A DNA stretch of 63,967 nt, the filler included, from Phoronis australis (Eukaryota; Animalia; Phoronida): assembly GCA_002633005.1 (NCBI GenBank). It is 6 parts of 6 records of this genome, joined end to end, with 100 filler letters (N's around TTAATTAATTAA, not from the genome) between each part and the next. Parts side by side here need not be neighbours in the genome. Positions count along the whole stretch, not along the records: positions 62,745 to 63,967 come from NMRA01000206.1; 5 more parts are not named here. One strand, written 5' to 3'. Made by a program: the position numbers and the translations under genes. Below the pieces are notes generated by a model. It was given only the letters and a program-made list of their open reading frames with translations. It did not search any database and was not told where the DNA came from. Shown in pieces: positions 62,745 to 63,967 of the stretch; the stretch's first letter is position 1; each line of letters starts with the position of its first letter.

Positions 62745-63967
62745 TCACCCAATTTCTCTCATCCCTAATGTGATTTATCAGACTAAACATGGATCTGAAT
62801 GGCTGACCCCCCACCTTGCCGCCTGTTGGCTGTACAGTGGTCTGTGGATCCGTGGACTGATACTTAAGACACAAATTCAATCTTTTAATATTCAACATAA
62901 ATTATCTCATAGCAGACGCCTTTGAAGTTCTACTTAAAATGTTCCTGAAGTACAATAACATGCAGAATGTTTGAATGCTGTTATCCAACCTCTTTGAATG
63001 TGCGATTGTTACTTCGTTCTCTTTATAAGTGAGAAGCTATGTTACGTGATCTTTTCACAGTGCTACTTCGTCGAACCATTTGGAGATTCACGCTGAAACA
63101 TTTCGCATATGGCTGCACCTCAGTGATTCCCCGGGTCAATCAGCTAAGACATCTGATTGGCCTGTATGTCATCGAGAAACAATCAAGGTTGCGTCCAGTA
63201 AATTCAAAGTTACATGTAGCTTGCTCGTGAGGGGAAAATCTAGGGTAACAGAACGGAAGCAATGAATTCTATCCTATAAGTTATAAAAGTTATAAATGCA
63301 ATCCCTTATTTGAACATTCCAACCTCACCGACCAATCACTTCAGTGGCCGTTATTTTACTAGGATGAGCTAGTAAGCTCGTGAGTATATCCGCGAAACAT
63401 TTGTCTTTCGTTCGACTGAATTTGTGTGGTTTTGCATGATCTTGCATTTCTCGCGACAAACGTGGTCTACAGAACACTGTCCAAATTTCTTAGCCGGCGT
63501 GCGCTCTTCAGACGCGAGAGCCTCACGAAAACACAAGATCACACAAGGCACGGGATATGTAGGCCTACTTGTTATTTAGTAGAAGTAAGCTCCTAAGCTA
63601 CACCATTCCTATTCATTTTGATCAGGCATAGGTCATACATGGTTAACATTAAAATGTGTGTAAAACCTGGGAGTAATATGAACGGGAGAAGCAACGCGGC
63701 GAAGCCTTTTGATCTATGATTGCCTCGCGCATTCCACAGCTGCTTCGTAACAATAGCGATGGACGATGAAAGGCTTGCGCATAGTCACTGATTCAGGCAT
63801 GCGCAGTATACGAGTAGTCCCGTTGAAGGTTTGGGTTAGAGATTAAACACGCATGCGCATAAAAGACTTTCTGCCCTTTAATACCAATACTGGCAATACT
63901 CCCCAATATTGTGATTGTTCGCCGCTGGTTTTTCTTAACTTACTGGTTGATTAAGGAATGTTGGCTT

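Overview
This is AT-rich, repeat-dense animal genomic DNA, probably from a marine invertebrate (lophotrochozoan-like; an inference from the repeat families and TACATGTA enrichment). It is not one locus. Five artificial 100-bp spacers (N44-TTAATTAATTAA-N44) join six unrelated scaffolds: 1-30109, 30210-41757, 41858-48297, 48398-52896, 52997-62644 and 62745-63967. Host genes I can reconstruct: (1) a single-coding-exon type II membrane WSC-domain + CHST1-like carbohydrate sulfotransferase (16201-17649 +); (2) an 8-exon CENP-U orthologue (33915-39030 +); (3) the last two exons of ATAD5/ELG1, convergent with CENP-U (40324-40914 -); (4) a secreted SUEL-type lectin-like gene (47447-48152 +); (5) one MLK/MAP3K9-11 kinase exon (52724-52896 -); (6) a spliced gene with a TARSH/FNDC1 C-terminal domain (53303-57652 -). 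Mobile DNA includes a Gypsy 5' end with an HhH-Gag ORF, a HERO-like RLE non-LTR fragment, a Penelope element split by two inverted DNA-transposon copies (one carrying a Gypsy LTR fragment), several hAT-like elements with 5-bp TSDs, Harbinger-like MITEs, a Kolobok-like element and tRNA-SINE heads. The most unusual signal is in the Gypsy leader: a 17-bp LTR-end/PBS repeat occurs twice and brackets an intact 40-aa mini-ORF that is a diverged homologue of part of the element's own Gag. All family assignments come from motif recognition by eye; no searches were run.
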